This document shows positions 15,256-30,299 of a stretch of 64,000 nt of DNA, one piece after another. The position numbers and the translations under genes are program-made. The notes below the pieces were generated by a model. That model ran no database searches. It worked only from the letters and a program-made list of their open reading frames with translations, and had not been told where the DNA came from. The first letter of the stretch is position 1. Each line of letters opens with the position of its first letter. The DNA comes from the human T2T-CHM13v2.0 reference genome, Homo sapiens. The stretch is from the NCBI RefSeq assembly GCF_009914755.1, contig NC_060927.1. One strand, written 5' to 3'.

Positions 15256-15459
15256 ATGCACATGAGATAAAGCATCTGAAAAGAAAGGACAGTGGGCAGA
15301 AGAACTGCAGGGCCTTCCTTCTTGCTGATTTTGCAGTGATCTCTGACTGAGGGAGGTTGCAAAGGTAACCTGAGCTCCCTAAACAGGGAGACAATTCTCA
15401 GCCCCTCTCTGCACTCCGTCCAATCTCAAGCTCACAAACACATGTTTATTGAATGACTG

Positions 15460-16560
15460 AATGACCACCCCTGAAGTTGGCCATCCAGGCTCTTCACTCT
15501 CAGAGATGGTCTTTCTGGTTGCTCTTTCTTCACCAACTTTGGAGCCTGTCATTCTCTGCCCAACCTTGAATGCTAGGATTCCTAGGGCATGTTTCCTAAA
15601 CTTTGTCCTCATTACTACACCTCCTCTGAGTGATCTCATTTCTAGTGGTGGTTTCAGTTACCCGCTGTGTGTAGGTGGCTTCCAAACCCATATTTCTAGC
15701 TCAGACCTCCCCTGTGAGCTCCAGAACTTCATAGGTTTCCACCTGAATGTCCAATAGACATCTCACTTCAACACTTCAGAAAGCACTTGTGCCATTTTTT
15801 CCCCCACCCCAGACATTGACTGGGACAATCATTACTCAGCTGCCCAAGCTCCCAACTCATGCTCATCCTTGACACTCCCTCATCCTGACTTTACCACATT
15901 TAACTTATCCTTGGCTAATCACCAAGTTCTGGTGCTCTACAAATTTGGGCCACCCTGGTTTATCCTTTGCATTACTCAGCAACTTCCCAACAGATTCCAT
16001 ACACTCCAGTCTCTTCTCCCAGTTCTACTCCATCCATTCTACACAAAGCAGCCAGAAAAACCTTTTAAATCACATATCTGACCACATCACACCCTTGCTT
16101 AGAGATCCGTCTTCAAGGAGAATATCCAAATGCTCACCATGACACCCAAGTCCCTCAGGATCTAGTCCCACTAGTCTCTTCAATCTCAATGTTCTTCCTG
16201 CTCACATGATAAACTCCCTGTCACTGAGCATTTGCTGCTCCTGAAGAGTTGTCACGGGCCTCTGGACATGCCATCTCCCAGGTTGGAGTTTTATTCCGTC
16301 ACCTCTGCACCTGCCCAATTGTCATTAAACCATCGGGACCCAGACTGGATGTTGTCCCTTCCTAGAAGTGTCACTTATCCTGCAGGCTGAGCAAGGGTCC
16401 CATTCTCTGGGCTCCTCTAGCCCCCTTGAATCCCTGTTTTAGAATAGCCTCTAGATGTGTTCTGTGAGGATAGGGATGGCATCCAATGCATCTTTGTCCC
16501 CAGTGCTTAGCCCAGGGCTGGGTGCAGGGAAGCTCCATGAATGTCCAAAAATTAGACATG
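15460..16560 (+). mobile_element. L2 LINE 3' fragment
   Basis: L2 phrases 'tctagctcagacctcccctgtgagctccaga', 'ccttttaaatcacatatctgaccacatcac', 'tctttgtccccagtgcttagcccagggctgg'. Confidence 0.7.
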
Positions 16561-17928
16561 AATCTTGAGTCCTTGGAAGGAAAACATGGTTTCTTCCCTT
16601 CATATCTTGGCTTTAGTTAGCTGGGTTTTCTGTCCTCCCAGCCCTAGTTCCCTGTCTCAGCTTGCTATGGGACAGGACGCCCCCCCCCCCCAGCCCCCAT
16701 TCTCAGAAGCATCACCTCCAGCCTGCTAGCCCACTGTGGTCATCTCTTAAGGGCCTCCAGGACTATATCAGGATGCAGAGGGGATTAGGACCCACATGGC
16801 TCGCAGGGCCTCATTTCAAGGCCCTAGGAGAACGCTCCACACAGTTATTCCCCAGCCACTCCTGAAGCCTCACATCCATTTCTCAGGGCATAAGAAATGT
16901 CACTGAAAAGTTAAAGATGGATATTAGATGTCAAATCCCTTGAAGAGAAAAAACATTTAGATTACTTCACATTACTAGGTATGAATGACCAGCGTAGTAT
17001 ACTTCCCTGGAAGTAAATGTGGACAGATGAGAAAAGGCCCAGGAACAGGAATTCTCTGGTTGCATAAAAGAGGGTAAAAACCCATGAAAAGGGAAGGGAC
17101 ACTGCCAGACTGCCTGGCCTACACCATATGATGGAGCATTCAGTTCTCACCTGAAGGACCCAGTGGTGTGTGTGGGTATGTGTGTGGATGCATGTGTGTT
17201 TCCTCGAGTACAACTCCTAGAAGCAGAAAAATTCTCTTAATGGCTCCATAACCTCAGCAAGGATCTGGACACACAGTGGGTGCCCAATAAGTGCTTGCAG
17301 CTGGCTTGTTGCCCCAGAGCCTGGCCTGGCAGCTGCTCCTGCTGGGTGCACCCATCAGCCACCTTCCCAGGGATGTGGAAGTGTTTGCAGTGGGAGTGAG
17401 GGATCCTTCCTGGATTCCCTTTCGACTCTGATGAGCTCCTTTCCCATGAACTCCCTGCCCTTCCGGCCACTGAACTAACATAATCTAATAGAGCAGCTCC
17501 CCAGGTGGCCGGGAGTAGCTGAGGGGTGGGAGAGCCTGGAAGCGCCTCTAGGGTTCCAGCTCCTTTCTAGGATCAGAGCCCCTCTTGGGAACTGTGGATT
17601 CCCTAGAGATGGCCCAGAGCATCTTTTCTCAGTCCTACCCACCCCTTGGTGTTTTACATTCATTCAACAAACATTTATATGTGTACATGCCAAGCACTGG
17701 CCTGGGTGCTGGCAATGCAGTAGTAAACAGATGAAAATCTCTGTCCTTATTGAGCGTATATTCTAGTATCTCTTTTGGTGGTATGAGGCATTAAAATATA
17801 ATAATGTGTGAGATAGTGATAAGTACTAACAAAAAATGAAGTAAGGAAAGGAGATGTGAAATATCTAGTGGAGGAAATGTTGAAATTTTAGAGTATCCAG
17901 GGAAGGCCTCATTGAGAAGGTAATTTTT

Positions 17929-19675
<1,747 letters not shown>

Positions 19676-22096
19676 GAGAAAGTAATTTTTGAGTAGAGAC
19701 CTGGAGGAAGTGAGGAAACTAGCTTTGTGGATGTTGGGGGAAGAGCACCTGCCAGGGGAAACAGACAGTGCAAAGGCTCTTGGGGGCACATTAAGAGGGT
19801 GGGTTTGGCTGCAGCGGATTGAATAAGGGGCAGAGGGGTAGGAGGTGAGGTAAGAGAAGTGGGGGATGTCGAGGAGGGCAAATCATGGAGGATGCTGTGG
19901 GTCACAGAGAACTTTGCTTTTACCCTGAGCAAAACTGGAAGCCACTGGGGGGCAGGGACATGTGGGCAGAGGGCCCACATGTCCATAAATAGGACATGAT
20001 CCTATTTATGTTTCCACTCTGGTTCATATGTTGGGAATAGTCTTACGGTCCCAGGACAAAAGCAAGAGACCAGTGAGGGGGACACTCAGGTGGAAGAAGA
20101 TGGGAAACTGAGCCAGGGAGTGAAATGTAGTGAAAATCTGGACAATAGGATTAGATAACAGACCAAATATCGGGTGTGGTGAGGGAGGGGGAGGGAGGAA
20201 GAGAGAGGGGGAAAGAGAGAAAGGGGGTGAGGACAGAGGGAGAAAGATAAAGGAAGACTGTGGCAGGCATAGGTTTTGGGGCAAATTTAGGACTTCAGTT
20301 TTGGATGTGCTAAGTTTGAGGTACCCATCAGTCATCTAACTGGAGGTGTCACGTGGGAAATTGGACCTGGGTCTGAAGTTCAGGAGAGAGGTCTTGGCTG
20401 GAGTCATGGAGGAGGCAAGGAGTTTCGTATGTTGCTTTGTGACCTCAGGCCAATCCCTTTCCCTCTCTGGGCCTCAGTTTTTCTCTGGGCAAAATAAAGC
20501 AGCTGGATGACTACTCTCTAAGTAGTGCCTTCCAGCTCTGCTGTTCCCTGGTTCTAATTGGAGAGGAATAGAAGCAGCAGCTCTGGGATACCCAATTTTC
20601 CACAGACCTTCTCCTCTTTCTAGATGACTTTTCTCTCAAGATCACTTCCCCCAACAGATTGCCCAGCTACCAAGACCCAGGGTTCATATCGTGGGGAACC
20701 TCTTAGGTAAGGAGCGTAGGCAGCCCCAACTCTAGCCAGCCTCTCTCTGCCATCTGGGCTCCTTTAGAAAGATAATGTGGGAGCCACACAGTGAAGGCTT
20801 CTGGGTGAGGAGAGGCTGGCTATGTAGTGGAGTGATTTGGAGTGTGGGCTAAATCCAATCTTAAATTCTAACCACTCTTAGCTTCCAATCTTTGCTTGTG
20901 ACCAAAGAGAATATAAAAGGGGAATTCTTTCCAAACCAGTATCTCTAAGTTTATTTAATTTTATTTATTCATCTCTGTAATAAAAGTAAATAACAGCTAA
21001 CTGTTCTAGTGCCAAGTGTCTGGCCCACGTTGGCTTAATTTACTCTCATAGAATATTGTGAGGTGTGTGTTCCTCCTCTTACTTTAGCATCCAGGAAACT
21101 GAGGCTCAGAGAGGTTACTTAGCTTTCCTTAGGTCACACAGTAGGGAAGTGTTAAATTTGAGGTTGTTACAGAAATATATTCAGTCCAAAAGAATTTAAT
21201 AAAGACACATGAGGAAGTTGAGGCTAAGGTGAAAATCAAGACAGGAAAAAGAAATAAGGCTCTTGTAACATAAGGTCCTGTAGAGTTGCTGAGAGTAAGA
21301 TGACCGTTGACTCTGAGTTTCTTAGCAACCAAGGCAAAGAGGGATATGTGATCAGATATAGAAGTCATAATATTTACAATATTAAAAACTAGCCAGGTTA
21401 GAAGAAACTTGAGTTACTGGTGCTGGGACTGTGAGGACTGTTGGAAGGGGCCAGTTTTTCATGAGGATGAGATGTGATGTGATGGATGATGACCTCAGGA
21501 GCAGGAGCATCATCCCTCAACAGTGACAACAGGACCCTTTATGAGGAGGCATCTCACCATGCTCTGTAGTATAGGCCAAAGCTCAGTTCAGTAAAAGCGA
21601 CAACAGGAGGAATGAACAGGGAGGCCAGAGCCAGAGCCTGGGGAGCAGGCTCATTGCACTGCAAGGAGGCTGCCTCATAACTTCAGGCACAGAGAGGAGC
21701 CCCTGCTGGGGATGCCGGAGATGCAAGCACTGCTGAAATTGGGGGCTGGGGGAGTCCTTTATTCTTATAACTCCTTGATACCTCCCAACAGGCCAGCTCA
21801 CCTCCCTTTAAGGGCAGAGCTGACATCATTCCCTGGGGACAGACATTGCCCTGGGAACCCTAAGCCGTGTCCCTCTGTTCAGTGCAGGGGCCAGGAACCC
21901 CAGATCAGCACTCCTCCAGCCCTGCCCCCTGGTGTGTGGCCTCCAGGACATCTATGCCTATAACTGCCTCCCAGGAGCACCTCCTCTAGGAGAACCAGCA
22001 GCCCTGGGAGCACTTCACCAGAAAGCCCTTGGCTGGGAGACAGGCAGTGACTTTGTCCTTCTAAATCACAGAGGGACGTACAGCCAGGTACCCTCT

Positions 22097-22283
22097 TGCA
22101 CAGAGTACTGCTGCATAAATACTTGTGGAAGGAAGGAAGGGAGGGAGGGAGGGAGGGAGGGAGGAAGGGGGGTAGGCAGGGAGGGAGGGAGGGAGGGAGG
22201 AAGGGAGGGAGTGGTAACTGCACAGAGTACTGCGTATAAATACTTGTGGAAGGAAGGAACAAAGGAAGGAAGGAAGGAAGGAA
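22097..22283. repeat. (GGAA/GGGA)n microsatellite within a ~122-bp-period duplication
   Basis: tgcacagagtactgc...ataaatacttgtggaaggaaggaa occurs at 22097-22138 and 22219-22259, each followed by GGAA/GGGA runs. Confidence 0.88.
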
Positions 22284-22719
22284 ATCGTCAGAAGAGAGTT
22301 CATATTTTGTCATGCTCTCTGGACCTTTCTCCCTGAGGTTGGGCTTCTAACCTTCCTCCTTCATGCTCACAGCTCAGAATGGGTGCACAGTCTTTGGGAA
22401 AGTAGTCCAGGGCCTTGAGAAGTAGAGTCTGTCCTTTAGCTTTGAGACAAGGCAGCCACACCTGTGGGGCTGTTTGGGAGTAGGGTGAAGGGTAGGAGGA
22501 GTAAATCTGTGGAGTCAGCAGGTCTAACGTTGAATCTCACTCCATGTATTGGCTGAGAAGCGGTGGATGTAAGATGCTACTTCTCTAGGCCTTTCTCTTA
22601 TGTAAAATGGAGATAGCACTACCTACATCGTGGGGGGATGTTGTGGGGATTAAATGAGGCACAGCCCCCGCCTGGCAAAGCAGAAGCTCCATATAAGATT
22701 GTCCTTTTTAGGGGGAAAA

Positions 22720-22920
22720 TAATCTCAAATTCTGGCTTGGCCATTACAAGCGGTGTGACCTTGAGATGTCAGTTTACCTCTCTGAGCCTCAGTTTTCTCA
22801 CCTGCAAAATAGGAATAATAATATTTACCTTGCAGGACTGTTAGGAGGACTGAAAAAAAAATAGCATATACAGCCTCTACCATAGTGCCTGGTACACACT
22901 AGGTGCTCAGTAAGAGGTGG
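22720..22920 (+). mobile_element. MIR SINE
   Basis: 'gtgtgaccttgagatgtcagtttacctctctgagcctcagttttctcacctgcaaaataggaataataata'. A second MIR lies at ~22500-22700. Confidence 0.8.
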
Positions 22921-24229
22921 TTGTAGTCAGGGACTAAAGAGCGTTCTGTGGAGTGGAAGGCCAGAGAAAAGACAGATAGTTGAGGGCCAGGGCAGTCACG
23001 AAGCACTTCCTGGAGGAGGTGGCTCTGGTGCTTAGCCAGATCATGTTGGGGTTATGTGTGTCTCAAGGGAGAGAGCTGTTCCTCCAGGGCAAGGCTAAGG
23101 TGAGCCAGGGTGGGAGGAAGAAGCACGTAAGGGAGCAGGGAGCTGACCTGAAAGGGAAGGGAGTGTATTTGGGGATCATCAGAACAAAAGTCTTTCTGGC
23201 AGCTGTGGAAGATCATAGAGGGCCCAGAAAGGCCAGCAGAGGAGAATAGGGAACCATTTGGGTGAGGCAAGCCTTGATCCCTTTCTATAGATGTCAAAAC
23301 CCAGACTCAGGGAGGGTAAGTGGAATAACTTGCCCAAAATGAATGAAGATCTTGATACTGGCATGCCGGTCTACTGAGAGCTGATGCACAGGGTGTATAC
23401 TTTCCTGAGTCTTTAGCACAAAGACAGAGGCAGGGACAGTCCTTAGCTGGCTGGTGAAGGCCTTTGGAACAGCAAGAAATACAAGGAAGGGGTGCAGAGC
23501 TCAGCCTGGGCTGTTTGGAAAATAACACAGATGAGGCTGAGTCTCTCTTGGGCTGTTACGGACATTAATAGCCACAGACAAGGGCCCTCACACATCACTA
23601 GGGAGAAGATTTCAAAGACCCTTAAAAAATCATTGGGAAACATTTAAAAAGGAAATTGCTCACTAAGCAGCCAGAGACACGCCAAATGTGCTGGCGTATA
23701 GCTCACCAGGCGATGCTTGTAATCTAATTGCCCGTGAGCAAGAGTTTAAAACAATATTTATGATGTGGAAAAATAGCCCATGATTTGATTTGTACAGAAA
23801 AAACATGCCTAATGAGTAAATTAGATTTTGATCTTGCTGGCTTGGGTCCTATGGGTGGAGCCTGGCCCTTTGGATGGGCGAGGCTCTCCTGCCCCTTAAC
23901 TCCCTCTCCTCAGTACCCCCAGTGTGGTCTTGGTGACAGCCCTGTGCCCTGGTATGATGTCCAAAGGCAAACCCCATCTCTCTCATGTCTGCACATAGCA
24001 GCCTGGAAACACAACCGCCCTTTTTCTTGGGTCAACCAGTCCTTTAAGTCCCACCTCCCCCTCCAGGAAGCCTTCCAAATTGCTCCAGCCCTCTCTTTTC
24101 ATCTCCAGCAGCCCTGAGAGTCTGTGATACACAGTTCGGCTTCGATGAGACAGAGTTGTCTCTTAATTAGGCCGTTAGTCACTTGGATTGTTTTTGCTTG
24201 GTCTCCTGAAGGCACCTTGCGGTCCAGTG

Positions 24230-25100
<871 letters not shown>

Positions 25101-26034
25101 GCACAGGACTGGTGCCCAGGAGTGGGGAGCAGATGCTTCTAGAATTGAATGAAATTTACGAACTATTAAAAACAAAACAAAACAAAAAAAAAACTGTGGA
25201 CATCATTTGGGCATCTGGGACTGAAGCCAGTTTACCAGAGTTTTCCTGAATGCCTGCTCTGGATTGGCTCCTCCTCTAGGTGCTGGGGATGTAGAGAAGA
25301 ACCAGAGCAGACCCAGCCCAAAGGAACCCACACTCTGGTAGGGTAGATAGAGGAGAAGCAGGCTGACTGCAGCCAGGGACTGAGAGGAAGCAGCCGTGCC
25401 GTGTGCTATGGAGCATCGCTGGGACCATGGGGCTGAGAGCCCTTTTGGAGGGGCAGGCAGAGATCAGGAGGGTGGGCAGGGCTTCAGAGGGGAGATGAGA
25501 AAGGCCCCCAGGGAAGAGTGACAGGGTGAATGGTGAAGTCTGTGGCGGTTCCAGTACTGCTTGGATAGTAGCATTGAGACCCCCAACTCCATTCCTTGGG
25601 GAAAGAGGCCCAAAGCTGCTGTTCACCACCTGATAGAGGTCACTTGGCTGTTTATCTTTCTACCCAACCCACAGCTGCCCCCTCACCTGGGAGATTAAAC
25701 TAGAATAGTGCAGTGATTGTCTGAGGGCCTGCGTGGGTATTAAGGCCAGCTGGAAGGGATGGGGCTTTCCAGCCACACAGTGAGGCAGGGATTGTGAGTG
25801 TGGATACCCATCTGCATAAGCCAGTTACGAACACCATAGTGTTTATTATCTAGGGCCTTCATTACATCAACAATTTAATGACATTTGCTAGGTATTTCCT
25901 TGTGGCAGGCATTGTGCTGGGGTTTTATACTCAATCTTTTATATACTCACTTCTTGACAGTGAATAACCTGCCTTGGATCTCACTTTTCAGATAGTACTT
26001 AGGAAAGCTTCAAGCCCTAAACCAAGCGACGCCT

Positions 26035-26839
26035 GTGACACTTGGCATCTACTCAGGATTGGAAAGTCAGACCAGCAGACCATGCTGGAGGCTCCATTCT
26101 GCAGACTCATTGATGGGGTGACAAAAGCCACAGATACCCAAGACACCTGCTTATCTCGTCCAGGTGAGGGTCTGCTGGGCAACTGTGATGATGGCTTACT
26201 ATATAGTAAATTGAACTGAATTCAGCTGACAGTCACCAACTGCCTACAATTTCCTGATCCTGCTTCCCTCTCCACTTACCTGTCAAAGAGAGAATAAAAA
26301 GCAGGCCCTAGGTGGAAATATAGACACATCCACCATCATTTCAATAGTATAGGATGCATGCAATGATGTACATATGCATCCATCCATGACAAGATACAGA
26401 ATAATGCACAGAAAAGATTAATTCTGTCTCTGTAGTCAGGAGATTCATACAGAGACCCACAGCCAAGCAGGGATCAGAGCTGGGAATAAGTAGCCTTCAA
26501 ACAGCAAACTTGTTGCACAGTGAGATACTCACAGTATCAGGGCTGGCATTGAAGATGACTCCCATATGTCATCCCCAGGGAGGTAGATACCATCACCCCA
26601 TTTTATAGAGGAGGCAGTTGAGCTCAATATGCTTATAACTTACCGAGGCAAGACAAGAGCAGCAGGATCAGGATTCAAACTGAAGCTAAGTATGCCAAAG
26701 TTTGGGCTATTTTCTCTATGGCTCACTGCCTTTTTGGTGTCTGTGGCTTTTGTCACCTCATCAGTGAGTCTGCAGAATGGAGCCTCTGGCATAGTCTGCT
26801 GGGCTGACCTTCCAATCCTCAGTAGATGCCAAGTGTCAC
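26035..26839. repeat. Inverted repeat with 104-bp arms (26035-26138 / 26736-26839) and ~600-bp spacer
   Basis: Manual alignment of arm 1 to the reverse complement of arm 2 gives 9 mismatches in 104 bp with no gaps. Also visible as near-identical peptides in opposite-strand ORFs (DTWHLLRIG...PFCRL...VTKATDT). Confidence 0.95.
26570..26730 (-). mobile_element. MIR fragment in the inverted-repeat spacer
   Basis: 'gaggtagataccatcaccccattttatagaggagg...aacttaccgagg...ggattcaaact'. Confidence 0.6.
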
Positions 26840-27550
26840 GGGGCTGAGAGGGATGGCAGACACTCTCATGCGTCTCACCCCCAACTTTACAGGTAGGGAG
26901 GCTGAGTGGGGACAGAGCATAGTTTCTGCCTCTCTGGCCTGACGCTCTACACTGTCCCACTTTTCTGATTGTGGGGATGGATGTCAGACTTCAAAGGCAG
27001 TAGCACGCTGTCTCTCCATTCCCAAGCTCATGAGAAAGTGCCTAAATCCCAGAACAAAGGCTGTTCCAGACTCACATCACCTGCTCAGCACTTAGCTTGG
27101 GGCTTAATTAAAGGAAACAGAGCTTGGAGTGAGAGCGAGGAGTGAGTGAGAAAGTCGATAACACTAAAGATGCCGCCATTAATAAAGCCAGACTCACTGC
27201 TAATATCCCACTTGAATTCAAAACAGGACAAATAATTGGAAATCTGAGCGGGGTGAGTGGTGGGGCCAGTGGGATGGATGACAGAGGTCTGGCAGCTGTG
27301 GGAGACCTTCTGTATGGGGCGACATGGCTGGCACAAAATCTCCTGGAGTGAGTAACTCAGTCCTGGGGGCCAGAGTCCTCCTCTAGGCTGAGAGCCACAG
27401 GCTGAGGCCTGAATAGATGCACTAGCTGATGCTGAATAGCTGGAAATGTCAGGCACTGTTCTTGGTATTCTTGGTTCTTTACAGATATTATTTCATTTAG
27501 TCCTTAAAAATATATCTATATATAATCTCTACATAAATATCTATCCCTCT

Positions 27551-27840
27551 GGCTGGGCACGGTGGCTCACGCCTGTGATCCTAGCACTTTGGGAGGCCGA
27601 GGCAGGTAGATCACTTGAGCTCAGGAGTTCGAGACCAGCCTGGCCAACATGGTAAAACCCCATCTCTATTTAAAAATATAAAAATTAGCCAGACGTGGTG
27701 GTGTGCGCCTGTAGTCCCAGCTACTCAGGAGGCTGAGGCAGGAGAATCGCTTGAACCCAGAAGGTAGAGGTTGCAGTGAGCCAAGATCACACTACTGCAC
27801 TCCAGCCTGGGCGACAGAGTGAGACTCCATCTAAAAAAAA
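27551..27840 (+). mobile_element. AluS (Sx/Sz-like) SINE inserted in an antisense MIR
   Basis: Full dimer; degenerate TSD atctatc(c/t)ct; MIR resumes at ~27865 with 'tattactgtctccatattacaggtgagcaaactga'. Confidence 0.93.
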
Positions 27841-29401
27841 ATCTATCTCTCACTCTCAATTAGATAGTATTACTGTCTCCATATTACAGGTGAGCAAACT
27901 GAAACACAGAGAGGTAATTTGTCCAGGATCCCTAGTTTGCAAATGGCTGCACTGGGATTATGAGTCTATGTCCTATGTCCTCAAAGTGTATGTGCCTGAC
28001 CATTAGACTACACTGCCTGCCTTGAGTGAGCTGGCCTCTCATCTCCATTTTACAGGGAGGGAAACAACCCCAGAGAGGCAAGGTGACTTCCCTTTGGTCC
28101 TATGGCTAGTTAGCAGTAGAGCCAGGATTTGAACGTACAACTTTTGGCTCAAAGTGCAATCCCTAAATCACTGTTGATTGTGCTTATTCTCAGAGGGGCC
28201 TCATAGAGCCTGGGCAGGTGTGCTCACAGGCAGTTATTATGACACTGGTTGATAGCTGATGAATGCTGTACACATCTCCACATAAGCATCCCCAGAGATG
28301 AGCGGGAACCCCATATAGACCACTGAGTACCATTCAGTTGTGTCCTCATGGCCACTACCATATTCCTGCTTAACTCCTTCTTTACCCCATCTGTATCCTG
28401 CCTCATCTCCCACCCGTTCATCCCCATAGCTCTAAGGTTGGAGGTTGCTACATTGGGAGCTCTGTGCCATTCTGGACCCCGTAGGTTGGGTTGGGAATGC
28501 ATTCTGCTTAGGGACTTCGCTTCATGCTTGCAGGAGGCAGAATCCATACCTATTCAAGAGGCAGCATAGCAGAATGAAAAGGGCACAGATGTTGGGGTCA
28601 GACAGGCCTCAGTGTGACTTCTGATTTCTGAGCCTCAGTTTCCCTATCAGTACATTGGGCCTACAGATCCAGAGAAAAGGTAGAAAAGCCTGGCTCTATG
28701 GGTCCTACTAAAACCTGAGGCAGCCTCTCTCTGGAAAGGGAAGGAAGAGCAGAAGGAGGGCCTGCAGAGTGCAGAGCACTGATTCCTCCCCCTAGTCCGT
28801 TATGTGGAATGAGGAGTCCTTAGAACCGGAGGTGAGCATATTTAGGGTAAATGAGAGGTGGTGTGAGCACTGAGGAGGGCCTCACTGCTCTGAGAATGCC
28901 GAAGGATGGAGATGTCAGCTGATCCAGCAGACACAGGGCCAACAGGTCATGAGATGGTCAGGGCACAGCTTTATCTTTAGGGTCATTAACCTAAAGGACT
29001 CCAAAGCCAACCATTCCCCATAGAAGTAGCTTGGACGGCTGCCCTCCCCTGTGATCCTGTCTCCTGGCTCCATTAGGCCTGAAAAAAAGGCCCCTCGCTC
29101 ACATTCAGTCCTGGTCTGAAATGTTCTCGTCTCACCTGCTCAGAGATGCTGGGAGCACTGCTTTGGCTTCTTTTGGTGGGTGAGGTGCAGAGAAGGTAAG
29201 AGAGTGAAGGGGCATAGTGAGGAGAGTGGGCAGGGCACACTGGAAGGCTCTGAGATCACTGTACTAGAGACATCTCCCCTGGTTTGACATTGACTCTAAG
29301 GACTTTGACCTCTGAATAGTCCAGCTGTGATGGCCAATGACAGGGACTCTGTGCCAAGGACCAGAATTGGCAAACATTGTAGCCATAAATAGAAGTGGAT
29401 T

Positions 29402-29595
29402 CAGTGGCATGCTGGCAAATGTTTAACAGCCAGCTTTCTGGAATGGAGGAAGCCCAAATTTGTAGCATTTACCAATTTCTGTAGTGTAACTAAATACTCA
29501 CTCCATGGCTGATCTGTGTCACTGAATGTGCCATTGGGAAGAAGTGTTCATGCTTGCTTGTTATGAACCTGTGCATACTGGCTTCAGCACACCAC
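29402..29595. mobile_element. MER63-like hAT-Blackjack MITE
   Basis: Starts CAGTGGCATGCTGGCAAATGTTTAACAGCC and ends ggcttcagcacaccac, forming a TIR pair. Confidence 0.7.
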
Positions 29596-29955
29596 AGGGC
29601 AGATTCACCATGAGGCTAGGAGGCCTGGGCTTCATGGCTCCTCCTGTGCAGGGATTCTCTCAAAGCTCATGCGTCGTCCCACATGGTCATATATTTTTGT
29701 ACAGTTGGCAAAAGTCAGATATAATAACTATAATTGGTTAAGATTCCTACCTCTTTCCATTCTAACATCCCCTCCTTCTCACTTCTTGAATTGAATGGTT
29801 TGGAGTAGCCATGGGCATGTTGTAATTTCTTTCCTCCTTGTAAATAAGCGTTCACTTTTGTACCTTTTTTTGATTTTTAATTTTAATTTTTTATCTTAAA
29901 GAGGGCCTCAAAACTGATACGTACTTTCAGCTGCGAAACCTGGATCCACGCTGGG
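29595..29955. mobile_element. hAT-Tip100-type MITE (Arthur1/MER69-like)
   Basis: Termini 'cagggcagattcaccatgaggct' and 'acctggatccacgctg' resemble CAGGGGCGGATTT-type TIRs. Family assignment is from memory. Confidence 0.45.
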
Positions 29956-30299
29956 AGTAAATTAGATTGCAGTTTATCCTCCAGAAAATTGTGTTGATTG
30001 TTACTCTGTATCTTGGAGTCATATTGGTGTATATAAATGGATCACTGGATAATTTTGTCCAGTTTAGCTTCCTAAAGCGTCATTTAAATTATGTCAAAGC
30101 TTTGCTCAGCACTCTCATGGCTCCCTCTTGATCCCTTAGACTGGTATATTCAAGGCTCTCTATAGATTGACACCCATCTGGTTTCTGAAAATACTTCTTT
30201 ATTCCCTGTACATCCTCTAAATAAAACTCTTTTCCCCTTGTGCCTTTGTTTAGGTTGTTTCCCCTGTCTGGAGTGCCTTTCCCTCTCCTCCCTCTTGGA

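Noticed and set aside
26035-26839. Inverted repeat as a pre-miRNA or intact DNA transposon
   Set aside because: The ~600-nt loop is far too long for a pre-miRNA, and there is no TSD or transposase remnant.
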